Shown here one piece after another: positions 50,301 to 58,895 of a stretch of DNA of 64,000 nt. Origin of the DNA: an uncultured Varibaculum sp. (GTDB lineage: Bacteria; Actinomycetota; Actinomycetes; Actinomycetales; Actinomycetaceae); assembly GCF_902489465.1 (NCBI RefSeq), contig NZ_CABTZZ010000003.1, positions 12,108 to 76,107 of the forward strand. Direction: 5' to 3'. Position numbers and translations under genes: made by a program. Below the pieces are notes generated by a model that made no database searches, was not told the origin of the DNA, and worked only from the letters and a program-made list of their open reading frames with translations. Within the stretch, counting starts at the first letter, position 1. Each line of letters opens with the position of its first letter.

Positions 50301-52420
50301 AGTACCTGCCCCTTGCCGGAACTGGTGTCTAGTGGCATATTTTCCCTGTCGGCAAGCGAGTAGGTACGCTGCGCGCTGCCATCAGTGCGGGGAGCACCCT
50401 CAGGTGAGGTGACCTGGAGTTTAGCGCCGGCGTCCAAGTTTGCGGTTACCGAGCTGCCTCCACCGGAACTTTGGAAACCTAGACCCACCCCAGAGCTGGC
50501 CTGTCCACCAATCAAATCCAGATTAGGGCTGCCAGAAAGAGTGATTCTAGCGGGAACTTTAGTCTGATACCCGGAGCCAATTGCTGCTCCGAATCCGTAA
50601 CCTAATTTTTGAGTTTGCTGCGATACTGGCTGCACGGCGGCTTGCACTGTGGGAGAGCCAGAAATAGTGACGTGGAAAGGATCGGATACGTAGGTATCTA
50701 TAAACCCGGCACTACCGATTACTGCCCCATCACGGCGTCCAAAGACTTTCGCAGTCACATTTGCCTGGTCAGTGAGGCTTACCCGCCCGGAACGGTTAGC
50801 GGCAGAGCCAATAGCTCCATTAACCGCGGTGTACTTTTCGGCTGAATCCCTGGCGGTCTCGGCATTGACTCGTGCATTTCCCGAAATAACCACCTGGTTT
50901 TGCTCGGCCGCGCGAATCGTATCTTCGTTCAAACGGGAGTTTCCCGCAAAGATTTGCTCGGGTGGGAGACCACCAGCCCCAATAGCGGGGGATTCCCGAA
51001 CTACCCCCAGGGCATCAACCTGGGCACTATCAGAAATGGTGACCTTAGAGGCTCCAGAGGCATAACCCCCACCAATGGCGGCGCCGCGACCATTAGAATA
51101 GGCGGTTACCTGGGCATTACCAGAGATACGTACGTCTAGGTTGGCGCTGTCAGGGCCAGACCCGATAGCGGCGATATCCCCGGCCTGATCGAGGTGGGAG
51201 TCCGCGGTACCCACTGTGACTTTGCCGCCACTAATAGCTACTTCACAGCCGGGAGCCTTTGGCCAGCCGAGATTAGCGAAGTTTTCGTTCCAGTTGCCCA
51301 CCCCACGGCAACCAATATTCATCGCACTATTGCCAGTGTCGCTACTAGCCGGGCTGACCTGGACGAGACCGCCGGTAATATTTACCCGTGGGTACGGCTG
51401 GGTGAAAGCATTCTTTATGTGTCCCTCAGAGTCCTGCATTGGGGTAGTGAAACTGCCTGCCCCCAGGGCGGTGTGATTCCCGGTAGCGTTAATCTGTCCG
51501 CCGCTAACGTTGATAGTGACCGCCGCGTTTTTCTGTGCCCAATCGGATTGAGCACCTGCCGGCAGTTTAACCGCGCCGCGACCAGTACCGATGAAAGCAC
51601 CACCGTAAGCACCGGTGCCTACTTTTGCCAGGTTGACAGTCCCGCCTTTGACATTGATAGTGCCTCCAGCGCTCCAGGGAGTTTGATCGTAGTTGTTGAG
51701 CCAGCTGGGATTAGTATTCGGGTTCACTTCGTAATAAGCGCCACCGGAACCAATCAGGGCAGCACTTTCGGAAGATCCCTTGAGGTTTACGGTACCGCCA
51801 GCAATGTTAATGGTGCCAAAAGTTGAAAAGTGTTGGGTGCCAATCAGGGCAGCTTGAGACCGGGGAGAGTCGGGATTGTTCAGGTTCAAGACCCCAGATC
51901 CTGCCTGGCCGACATTCAGGGTAGTACCTGTCTTTACCTGCACCAAGGGGAGCGGAACCGGGTATTCCTTGGTGGCATTTTCCGAGGAGGCGCCCTGGCG
52001 GGTGAAAGTGTTTGTCCCGTTAAAAGCCAGACGGTTATTGGCATTGTTGTCCCCAGCGGTAACCATCGCCAAGTCTGGGTGGGAGGAGTTATCGATGTTG
52101 AGGTTGTTTACCGTCAGAGTATGACCTGCGTTGACCAGGAAAGACAGCCCCTTAAAAGTCTTACTAGTCGCGCCGGTCACGGTCACGTTGCCACCAACAG
52201 TGATGGTGCGCTTTGCGGCGTCGGTAGGCAAAGCGGAATCGCTGAGGTCGATGTCCTCGTTGATAACGGTACCCAACTGATTCCAGGACTTGATGACCTT
52301 GCCGTTGGCGGCGTTAGCGACACCTACCGTTAACGCCGGGCCGATCAGGGCAATCATATATCCGATTAGGGAGAGGGTGAGGACTAGCGCCGTAGGGCGT
52401 TTAGCTAAGGGATTGCGCAT
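47315..52420 (-). CDS. Giant cell-surface protein with a signal peptide, a beta-helix-like region of GxAIGxG repeats, at least 6 Cna-B/SpaA-type Ig-like repeats, a Pro/Thr-rich stalk and a sorting-signal-like C-terminus
   Basis: The track begins at TTG 52444. I prefer ATG 52420, which has AGGAG 6 nt upstream (MRNPLAKRPTALVLTLSLIG...VANA). Repeats include FTWQLQDAQGQPLSGGQFTL, FTWQLRDTDNNLLPGGSFKL, FSWKLTDTAGKNLNGATFTL and FTWKLVDKDSNPLAGGSFSL. The C-terminus reads ...SLRITGANGATLALISAILALAGAGLLAARQLRQAR. Confidence 0.8.
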   Translation of the reverse strand: MRNPLAKRPTALVLTLSLIGYMIALIGPALTVGVANAANGKVIKSWNQLGTVINEDIDLSDSALPTDAAKRTITVGGNVTVTGATSKTFKGLSFLVNAGHTLTVNNLNIDNSSHPDLAMVTAGDNNANNRLAFNGTNTFTRQGASSENATKEYPVPLPLVQVKTGTTLNVGQAGSGVLNLNNPDSPRSQAALIGTQHFSTFGTINIAGGTVNLKGSSESAALIGSGGAYYEVNPNTNPSWLNNYDQTPWSAGGTINVKGGTVNLAKVGTGAYGGAFIGTGRGAVKLPAGAQSDWAQKNAAVTINVSGGQINATGNHTALGAGSFTTPMQDSEGHIKNAFTQPYPRVNITGGLVQVSPASSDTGNSAMNIGCRGVGNWNENFANLGWPKAPGCEVAISGGKVTVGTADSHLDQAGDIAAIGSGPDSANLDVRISGNAQVTAYSNGRGAAIGGGYASGASKVTISDSAQVDALGVVRESPAIGAGGLPPEQIFAGNSRLNEDTIRAAEQNQVVISGNARVNAETARDSAEKYTAVNGAIGSAANRSGRVSLTDQANVTAKVFGRRDGAVIGSAGFIDTYVSDPFHVTISGSPTVQAAVQPVSQQTQKLGYGFGAAIGSGYQTKVPARITLSGSPNLDLIGGQASSGVGLGFQSSGGGSSVTANLDAGAKLQVTSPEGAPRTDGSAQRTYSLADRENMPLDTSSGKGQVLNLRFADGKADGAGNPQTLGLSTAVAKLTQNKQSVPFSLVTTEGETVLSSALTSTLYNNLALSVPKTGNYYLQSRVTPSLFAYHGDKNAADAFIFPVNGQIYTQDGLLWAQGYSLKYQVAGEGGSLPQAYTTARFLPPNTVIGALPAVTLPSVSGKICAVDHWELNDAPITEDQLTQTKLSADTVVKAVTKCEDTVTPPDPKPEKTAFTWQLQDAQGQPLSGGQFTLTEKDGAAVTVPDSASGTFTVSDLDPAKSYVLTQTAAPKGYDLPQQTSHTVTFDKTSQGYQAKVDGKAVSGEAFVITNAKSPLPPQPVSFTWQLRDTDNNLLPGGSFKLVCGSEDVALPAAGSAAGTYSVSLDPTKESCTLTQTAAPEGYKLGDVTSYEISFVEKDNANGIWAAMVAGKETSEVTFTNLALPKPPATTSFSWKLTDTAGKNLNGATFTLSGGAAPLTVISQDAADPGVYSASNLDPTKTYTLTQSAAPNGYEVDKTSYQLTFVAKGDTYQPQINGKPLADAGLVIKNVKLPTRAEIRWEVVSSADASQYVPGTSFKVTAFKPDGQTLDTAKSFTVSDATAIAGDRDLNPNLGQYRVEVPDGSLKYQVEQLTAGADFVPKTGAQKVTFKLQTDGRYSQIVDLGGLKFENTPVIKTAQFTWKLVDKDSNPLAGGSFSLKDGNETVPVTENKADASFQATLNQAKTYKLQQTAAPEGYDKDTKTYTISFENGKAQVSVDDTGVDLSEGTLVISNSKQATDPTPGPKPVSGLLTWKVVDSQGKAVAGTSFQVTPLGKDGKPNTAAAFEVTDIVSGTTTFAVRTDQDAATGAYKVKVDDVSLQYQLKQLTTAKGLQLAEPQTRSFSKGTDGKWSQNAAKPFVNLAEPEDKPTTDPTDDPTTEPSDEPTSQPTAPSTDPTSEPQPGDKDGASTTSPSAGQSGGATEAPAGAYMTGGSNGSKASAGPAPSSLRITGANGATLALISAILALAGAGLLAARQLRQAR

Positions 52421-52537
52421 CAGGACTCCTGCTGATTTCCTCAAAGTTACAAAGATTACAATTCTGTAACAAGTCTACCAGAATTTGAGGTTGATCCGCT
52501 AGTGTGTTCACCCTTAAAAACTTATTGTTTATGCTGG

Positions 52538-53875
52538 TTAAACCGATTGTGGTAAAAGTAGCATTAATGCTTCTAAGGGGATGGTTACCCAGTCGGGACG
52601 CTGCTCGGCTTCGTAGCGCACTTCATAGAGAGCTTTTTCCACTTCAAAGGCTCTCAAAACAACCAGAGCGGGGCCGGGAAGCTGCTCTTCTCCAAAGTAT
52701 CCGGCCAGGAACGCCAGGCGGGCACGGTTAAGCCATTCTCCATCCGCACCGCCCTCTACGCGGGCGTAGTCAAATGAGCGCAGCATCCCGGCGATATCGC
52801 GCTCTACCTGGTCAGGAGCGGTACGTTCTTCTAAGGGGCGTAAAGGTTCACCCTCGAAATCGATAGCATACCAACTCTTCGAGCTATACAGGCACTGTCC
52901 TAGGTGATAGTCTCCGTGCACTCGTTGCGTAGGCGGTAATCCCCCCAGGCCAGTAAGTGCCTGGGCGAGGCGAGCGACTTCCTCCCCGATTTGAGGATGG
53001 TCTCGCAGTTGCGGATAAGCGGTCTCGGCCTGCTGATACTGGTTGCGCAAACGGGTAGCGAGCATAGTTCCCGAGGCCGGATCCTCGCCCTGTCCAAAAG
53101 CCTCCAAAAGGTGGCGGTGCATATCGGCGGTAAACGCTCCTAGCTGGCGAGCAAGCTCCGTGGGGTCTTCGCCGCTAGCGGCGAGCGAACAAATCAGCTT
53201 GAAACCATCTTGCGCTTGATCTAGGCGGATAGCCGCACAAGCGGTAGTGACCTCTTGTGGCTGACCGTCTTGATCCCAAAGACTAAGCTGTGAGTACCCG
53301 CGGGGCTGCGGCACCCCTTGCCAACCGGTACGCGCCAGCTCCAAGGGTACGGTCACTTCCGGGTTCGAACCGGTTACTAGCACCCGGAAGAACTTAATAA
53401 TCGTCGGATATTTTCCGCCCAACAGCACCGAAGTATTGGATTGTTCCCCGGATAAAACTTTGCTTTCCAAACTGGCAGCCAAAAGGTTTGAAAGTAAATC
53501 GTCAGCTTCTGGTAATAGGGGCAAAGTGCCAGCTTGGTGGGTAGAGCGGATCCAATGCTGGACGTAGGCCGGGCAGTAGGGGCCGTCGACTAGGTATCCA
53601 GGGTGTTCCTGCGGACAGGAAGTGTGTCCAGCTATCCCTGCTCCGTTCCAATCTGCCACTAAGGCCAAGGGCAGGTGATACCAGATGCCGTGCGCTTCCA
53701 AAATCAAGAGTCGGAAATTCGGATCCTCGAGTTCGCGGTAATCCAAAACCCGCACCTGGGAGCGCTCCAGATGAGAGGGAAACCAGCGCCGCTGGATCAG
53801 ATAGTCCCAGATAGTGTCGATAATAGCGTCTCTGCCAGGCCATTTAAGCTGGCTATTAGGGGACTCAGCGGTCAT
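52538..53875 (-). CDS. mak: Maltokinase (maltose 1-phosphate-forming; Pep2/Mak)
   Basis: 445-aa ORF with a kinase-like catalytic motif (RVHGDYHLGQCL). It lies directly downstream of treS with an 11-nt overlap. Confidence 0.8.
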   Translation of the reverse strand: MTAESPNSQLKWPGRDAIIDTIWDYLIQRRWFPSHLERSQVRVLDYRELEDPNFRLLILEAHGIWYHLPLALVADWNGAGIAGHTSCPQEHPGYLVDGPYCPAYVQHWIRSTHQAGTLPLLPEADDLLSNLLAASLESKVLSGEQSNTSVLLGGKYPTIIKFFRVLVTGSNPEVTVPLELARTGWQGVPQPRGYSQLSLWDQDGQPQEVTTACAAIRLDQAQDGFKLICSLAASGEDPTELARQLGAFTADMHRHLLEAFGQGEDPASGTMLATRLRNQYQQAETAYPQLRDHPQIGEEVARLAQALTGLGGLPPTQRVHGDYHLGQCLYSSKSWYAIDFEGEPLRPLEERTAPDQVERDIAGMLRSFDYARVEGGADGEWLNRARLAFLAGYFGEEQLPGPALVVLRAFEVEKALYEVRYEAEQRPDWVTIPLEALMLLLPQSV

Positions 53876-55772
53876 CTTGGTTCTCCTTTAACACCGAGAA
53901 ATCTAGCGCCGGGTAAGGATAGGCGGTAGTTTCGGCGTCCGTGTCGGGTTGTGGGGCAGCTGCCGGGGTGGCGCTATGGGCGATCACCGGAACAGAGGTA
54001 GTAGTGGTTGGGGGCTCATTTTCTTCATCTTGCAGGTCTTGTGCCTGGTCAGGAGCAAAAAGCTCTAGCCAATAAAAACCGTGGCGGTTCAGAGTTACGG
54101 TGACGGTTTCATCCGCGCCTACTGCCGGGAACCAGCCGCCATCGAAAGCTTCCCGCAGACACCAAGTGGCCATCCCGGGCAAGGTTAGCCGCGCTGCTAC
54201 CGCGCCCTCGCCCAGATTGTAGATGCAAAGCACTGTGGAGTTTTGGTCACGGCGAGTAAAGGCCAATACCGAGTCTTGATCTGAGCTTACCTGTGACAAT
54301 GATCCTTGCCCGAAGCAGGTCAGGCGGCGGCGCAGATGAATGGCGTCGCGCAACCAGTGCAGCAAAGACGTGGGACGTCCCAGAGATTCTTGCACATTGA
54401 TGGTGCGGTTATCCCAACCGGGAGAGTCAATCAAAGGAACCAGGAAAGACTCCGGGTCGGCGGTAGAAAAACCGGCGGTCGCGGAAGTGTCCCATTGCAT
54501 CGGGGTACGCACCCCGAAACGGTCAGGGAGCCAAATATTGTCGCCCATGCCGATTTCGTCCCCGTAGTAGAGGAAGGGCGAACCTGGCATAGAAAGCAAG
54601 AGGGCGTGGGCGAGTTCTATTTTGCGGCGAGAACCCCCTAAAAGTGGCGCGAGGCGGCGGCGAATCCCCACATTTGCCCGCATCCGCGACTCGGGTGCAT
54701 ACCAGGAATACATGTTTTCTCGTTCCTGGTCAGTCACCATTTCCAGGGTGAGCTCATCGTGGTTACGCAAGAAAGTTCCCCATTGCGCACCCGCAGGCAG
54801 CTCCGGTAGCTCCGCCAAGATTTGCCGCAGCCCCTTGGAAGAGCCAGTACGTAGCGCCGCAAACAGCCGAGGCATCAGGGGGAAGTGGAAACAAATATGG
54901 CATTCGGGTTCGGTTTCGGTGCCGAAATAGTCAATCACATCTAGAGGAGGCTGATTGGCTTCGGCTACCATCAAAGTTCCCGGGAACTCGGCGTCCACCA
55001 TTTTGCGCAGTTCACTCACAAACCAGTGAGTTTTCGGGAGGTTTTCGCAGTTGGTGCCGTTTTCTTCAAATAGGTAGGGGATCGCGTCCAGACGGAAACC
55101 ATCCACCCCGGTGCGGCACCAGTAACGCACCACGTTCATTACTGCCGCTTGCACCGCCGGATTTTCAAAGTTCAAATCCGGTTGGTGCGAAAAGAAACGG
55201 TGCCAATAGTACTGTCCGCGTACCTCGTCATAGGTCCAGTTTGAGGTTTCGGTGTCGATAAAAATAATCCGGGCATCCTGGTATTCTTGGTCGCTATCGC
55301 GCCAAACGTAAAAATCCCCGTATTCGCCCTCCGGATCTTTGCGGGAAGCCTCGAACCAAGGATGCTGGTCAGAGGTGTGGTTGACTACGATATCGACCAA
55401 GATACGGATACCGCGTTCGTGAGCCGCCTCCACTAAGGCGGTGAAGTCCTCCATGGAACCGAAAGCCGGGTTCACATCGGTGTAAGCGCTAATATCGTAG
55501 CCTCCATCGCGCATCGGCGAAGGATAAAAGGGAGGTAGCCACAAGCAATCCACTCCCAGCCAGGCCAAGTAATCCAGACGGGAAATCAGCCCCTGGAAAT
55601 CTCCAACGCCGTCCCCATTAGAATCCGAAAAAGCCTGGATCAACACCTCGTAGAAAACGGCGCTGCGATACCAGTTCGGGGTTTCCGCAGGGGAGGGAAC
55701 CGCCTGGCAATCCCGGCGCGGAAGTAATAGTTTGCCCAGGTTGTCGTATTCCTCAGATATGGCTTCGCTCAA
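53865..55772 (-). CDS. treS: Trehalose synthase / maltose alpha-D-glucosyltransferase
   Basis: 635-aa ORF with GH13 motifs (GIRILVDIVVNHTS, GFRLDAIPYL, MVAEANQ, FLRNHDELTLEMV). Confidence 0.9.
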   Translation of the reverse strand: MSEAISEEYDNLGKLLLPRRDCQAVPSPAETPNWYRSAVFYEVLIQAFSDSNGDGVGDFQGLISRLDYLAWLGVDCLWLPPFYPSPMRDGGYDISAYTDVNPAFGSMEDFTALVEAAHERGIRILVDIVVNHTSDQHPWFEASRKDPEGEYGDFYVWRDSDQEYQDARIIFIDTETSNWTYDEVRGQYYWHRFFSHQPDLNFENPAVQAAVMNVVRYWCRTGVDGFRLDAIPYLFEENGTNCENLPKTHWFVSELRKMVDAEFPGTLMVAEANQPPLDVIDYFGTETEPECHICFHFPLMPRLFAALRTGSSKGLRQILAELPELPAGAQWGTFLRNHDELTLEMVTDQERENMYSWYAPESRMRANVGIRRRLAPLLGGSRRKIELAHALLLSMPGSPFLYYGDEIGMGDNIWLPDRFGVRTPMQWDTSATAGFSTADPESFLVPLIDSPGWDNRTINVQESLGRPTSLLHWLRDAIHLRRRLTCFGQGSLSQVSSDQDSVLAFTRRDQNSTVLCIYNLGEGAVAARLTLPGMATWCLREAFDGGWFPAVGADETVTVTLNRHGFYWLELFAPDQAQDLQDEENEPPTTTTSVPVIAHSATPAAAPQPDTDAETTAYPYPALDFSVLKENQDDR

Positions 55773-55798
55773 CGAATACTCCTCTTAAATGCTTTAGT

Positions 55799-58096
55799 CT
55801 AGGAAGCTTCGATAGACATAATATGAGCAGGTCGATCAGAGGGGTTGAGTTCGAAATAGTTAGCTGCCCCCCAATCGTAGACTGTCCCATCTAGCTCGTC
55901 GCGTACTTTAAAGCAGGACGAGGACGAGCCACTGATCTTTAGCGCCGACAGATCCAAGTGAATGGCGCCAATCGCGGTATCGTGCGGATCCAGGTTTACT
56001 ACCACGATCACGGTGTCAGCCACCCCGGTCGGAGATTCCCAAGCATCCAGGTGCCGGGAGAAACAGACTACTGACGGATGGGTAGTTTCATGAATCTTCA
56101 AATTCCGCAGGCGCTGCAAAGCCGGGTGACGGCGGCGAATCCCATTCAAAGTAGTGAGCAAACCCATCATTTCTTGCGCGGTTTCTCCGGAGTAATCACG
56201 TGGCTTGTACTCGTATTTTTCGTTATCGATTTGCTCCTCAAAGCCGGGACGCTGCACATTTTCAATCAGTTCATATCCGCTATAAATACCCCAGTTAGGG
56301 GAACCAGTAGCAGCTAAAACTGCCCGCATTTTGAAGGCCTGAATCCCGCCATCCACCATGACCTGGGTCAAAATATCGTGGGTAGTTGGCCAGAAAGAAG
56401 GCCGCATATAGGGGCTGGATTCCCAAGCCACCTCGTCGAAGTATTCTTCAATCTCTTTACGGGTGTTCCGCCAAGTGAAATAGGTGTAGGACTGATGGAA
56501 ACCTACCTGCGCCAAAGTGCGCATCATCGCGGGGCGGGTAAACGCTTCCGCCAGGAACAACACTTCGGGATGCTTGTTGCGGAACTCCGCTAAAATCTCT
56601 TGCCAGAACTGTACCGGCTTGGTGTGGGGATTATCCACCCGGAAAATCGTTACTCCATGATCAATCCACTTTTGAATCACGTCCCGCACCGCGTTATACA
56701 AACCGCGATAGTCCTGATCAAAAACCAGGGGATAAATATCTTGATATTTCTTGGGAGGATTCTCTGCGTAGGCAATCGTTCCATCCGGGCGGTGCTTAAA
56801 CCACTGTGGATGATCCTTCACCCAGGGATGATCCGGGGAGCATTGCAGCGCCAAATCCAGCGCTACCTCTAGACCTAGACCTTTCGCTTTCTTAACGAAG
56901 TAATCAAAATCGTCAAAATCGCCCAGATCAGGGTGAATAGCGTCATGGCCGCCCTCGGGGCTACCAATGCCGTAAGGTGAGCCGGGATCTTCCGGGGTAG
57001 CCTCCAAAGAATTATTACGTCCCTTACGGAAAGTAGTTCCGATGGGGTGAACCGGAGTTAAATAGGCGACGTCAAACCCCATAGCGGCAATGCGCGGCAA
57101 ATCAGCGGCGGCAGTGCGCAAGGTTCCCGTATGCCAATGCCCTTCCTGATCTTTATAGGCACCGATAGAACGGGGGAAGATTTCGTACCAGGAACCGTAA
57201 AGGGCGCGTTCGCGGTCAACCCGCAAAGGATAGGTGCGGGAAGACTCGAGCAGATCCCGGAGGGGATGAGCCCGGAAGATTCCTCGAATCGAAGAATGAA
57301 GCCCCACCGACAGACGCTCTTGCACCGGACGCGACTGATCCCGCATAGCTTTGGCGGCATCCAAGAGGCGAGCGGCGCTCTTGGGATCCGGTGCTTGCTG
57401 GGCAGGATTATTTACCGCTTCCCCGTTAGCGGCACGTTCAAAAAGCCTGGCGCCTAGCTCAAACTCCATCTCTACATCTTGATCTGCCTGCACCTTAATG
57501 GAGGCTTCCTTTGCCCAGGTCTGATAGGGGTCACAGAAAGTGTCGACCCTAAAACTCCAGTCCCCAACGCCGGTGGGCTTAATCCAGGCTTCCAGGCGAT
57601 CTAAACCGGGCGCGACATCGTACATCCGCGTCCGCATCGTTTCTTTACCCTGCGGATCGACCAATACCACTTCCGCCCCTAAAGCATCGTGGCCTTCCCT
57701 AAACACCGTGGCGCGCACGGGGAAAGATTCATTCTCGACTGCTTTGGCTGGCCACAGGCCGTCCTCGAAAACCGGTTCTACTTCGGTGACCGGGATCCGC
57801 GCCAGCCGAGCCTCGGGAGAAATAAGGTTCAAAGGTTTAAGGGTAGCCGCTTTGGGGGTGGCTGCTTTCGCGCGGCTGGCGCGCCGGCGAGGAACGCTGG
57901 TAGCAGTTTTAGTTTTACTGGCGGAGGCCGTCTTGGCTTTCGCGGTAGCGCCTGCCGGGGGAGTAGTGGTGGCGGCTTTGGCGTGCACCGCGGTTTTACG
58001 GGAACTGGTGGCGCTCACCTTAGAAGATTTAGCCCTCTGACCAGCTGAACTAGTAGTTGAGCGAGTTTTGCGGGAACGAGGCGTATCGCCGGCCAT
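55799..58096 (-). CDS. glgE: Alpha-1,4-glucan:maltose-1-phosphate maltosyltransferase with a ~95-aa basic low-complexity N-terminal extension
   Basis: 765-aa ORF. ATG with AAGGAG 6 nt upstream. The conserved core starts at RIPVTEVEPVFEDGLWPAKAV...ATVFREGHDA, and GIFRVDNPHTKP is also present. Confidence 0.9.
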   Translation of the reverse strand: MAGDTPRSRKTRSTTSSAGQRAKSSKVSATSSRKTAVHAKAATTTPPAGATAKAKTASASKTKTATSVPRRRASRAKAATPKAATLKPLNLISPEARLARIPVTEVEPVFEDGLWPAKAVENESFPVRATVFREGHDALGAEVVLVDPQGKETMRTRMYDVAPGLDRLEAWIKPTGVGDWSFRVDTFCDPYQTWAKEASIKVQADQDVEMEFELGARLFERAANGEAVNNPAQQAPDPKSAARLLDAAKAMRDQSRPVQERLSVGLHSSIRGIFRAHPLRDLLESSRTYPLRVDRERALYGSWYEIFPRSIGAYKDQEGHWHTGTLRTAAADLPRIAAMGFDVAYLTPVHPIGTTFRKGRNNSLEATPEDPGSPYGIGSPEGGHDAIHPDLGDFDDFDYFVKKAKGLGLEVALDLALQCSPDHPWVKDHPQWFKHRPDGTIAYAENPPKKYQDIYPLVFDQDYRGLYNAVRDVIQKWIDHGVTIFRVDNPHTKPVQFWQEILAEFRNKHPEVLFLAEAFTRPAMMRTLAQVGFHQSYTYFTWRNTRKEIEEYFDEVAWESSPYMRPSFWPTTHDILTQVMVDGGIQAFKMRAVLAATGSPNWGIYSGYELIENVQRPGFEEQIDNEKYEYKPRDYSGETAQEMMGLLTTLNGIRRRHPALQRLRNLKIHETTHPSVVCFSRHLDAWESPTGVADTVIVVVNLDPHDTAIGAIHLDLSALKISGSSSSCFKVRDELDGTVYDWGAANYFELNPSDRPAHIMSIEAS

Positions 58097-58225
58097 AGTG
58101 TCTCCTTATTAGACGGACTGCTTCCCCTCCAGCCTAACAAGCGGCAGTGCACCTCGCGTCCTTTCCGCTGTCAGCAAGCAAGAAAAGTGAGCGTAAAGTG
58201 CAGATACTTTGGACAAAAAACAGTT

Positions 58226-58891
58226 TTAACCATCGGTAGCAGAAGCCGGACCATCTAAGGAAATCTTAGGGCCGAGATAGGTGGGTTTTTGCTCGGTAAG
58301 CACCCAAGCAACATCCTTGGTGCGCGCCAAATACTCGCGGAGGTTACGTTCTACTTGCCCCCGATACGCATTACCGGCTGCACCTACTCCCCAAACCTCG
58401 ATACCGCGACTTTGACAATCGTAGAGGGCGCGGGGCAGGTGATAGGGCTGAGTCACTACGATCGCGCGTTGTACCGAAAAAATTGCTTCCGCGCGATAAG
58501 CGGATTCATAGGTAGAAAAACCGGCATGATCAGCATAAATCACCTGGGGGCTAATCCCATGCTTAATTAACCACTGCCGCATCGCCTTGATCTCGTCATA
58601 GTGAACCTGACCATGGTCACCGCTAATCAAGATCTTTTTCGCCGCTCCTGCTTGATACAAATTCAAAGCGGTTTGCAGGCGGTGGGTAAGCATCGGCGAG
58701 GGCGAGCCATTAGGCTTTACCCCCGCTCCCAAAACCAAAATCACCTGGGCGTTTTTAGCCTTGGCCTCAGTTAAAGAAACCATCTGGTCTTTCGTTTGCT
58801 GCCAAACATAAATGTTGGTTCCAGCCACGATAATAGCGGCCAACACCACCAGAGTAATCACTAGTCGGATCAGTCCCCGTAAAGCACGCAT
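58226..58891 (-). CDS. sanA: SanA/YdcF (DUF218) family envelope protein
   Basis: 221-aa ORF with an N-terminal TM and the motif ILVLGAGV...GSPSPML..RL..A..LY..G...ILISGD. Confidence 0.75.
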   Translation of the reverse strand: MRALRGLIRLVITLVVLAAIIVAGTNIYVWQQTKDQMVSLTEAKAKNAQVILVLGAGVKPNGSPSPMLTHRLQTALNLYQAGAAKKILISGDHGQVHYDEIKAMRQWLIKHGISPQVIYADHAGFSTYESAYRAEAIFSVQRAIVVTQPYHLPRALYDCQSRGIEVWGVGAAGNAYRGQVERNLREYLARTKDVAWVLTEQKPTYLGPKISLDGPASATDG

Positions 58892-58895
58892 GAGG

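Noticed and set aside
52421-52444. TTG-initiated 8-codon extension of the surface-protein ORF
   Set aside because: ATG 52420 has an AGGAG RBS at ideal spacing and yields a standard signal peptide.
53865-53875. The 11-nt treS/pep2 overlap as a frameshifted (pseudogenised) TreS-Pep2 fusion
   Set aside because: Both ORFs are complete with plausible termini, and separate treS and pep2 genes are normal in several actinobacteria.
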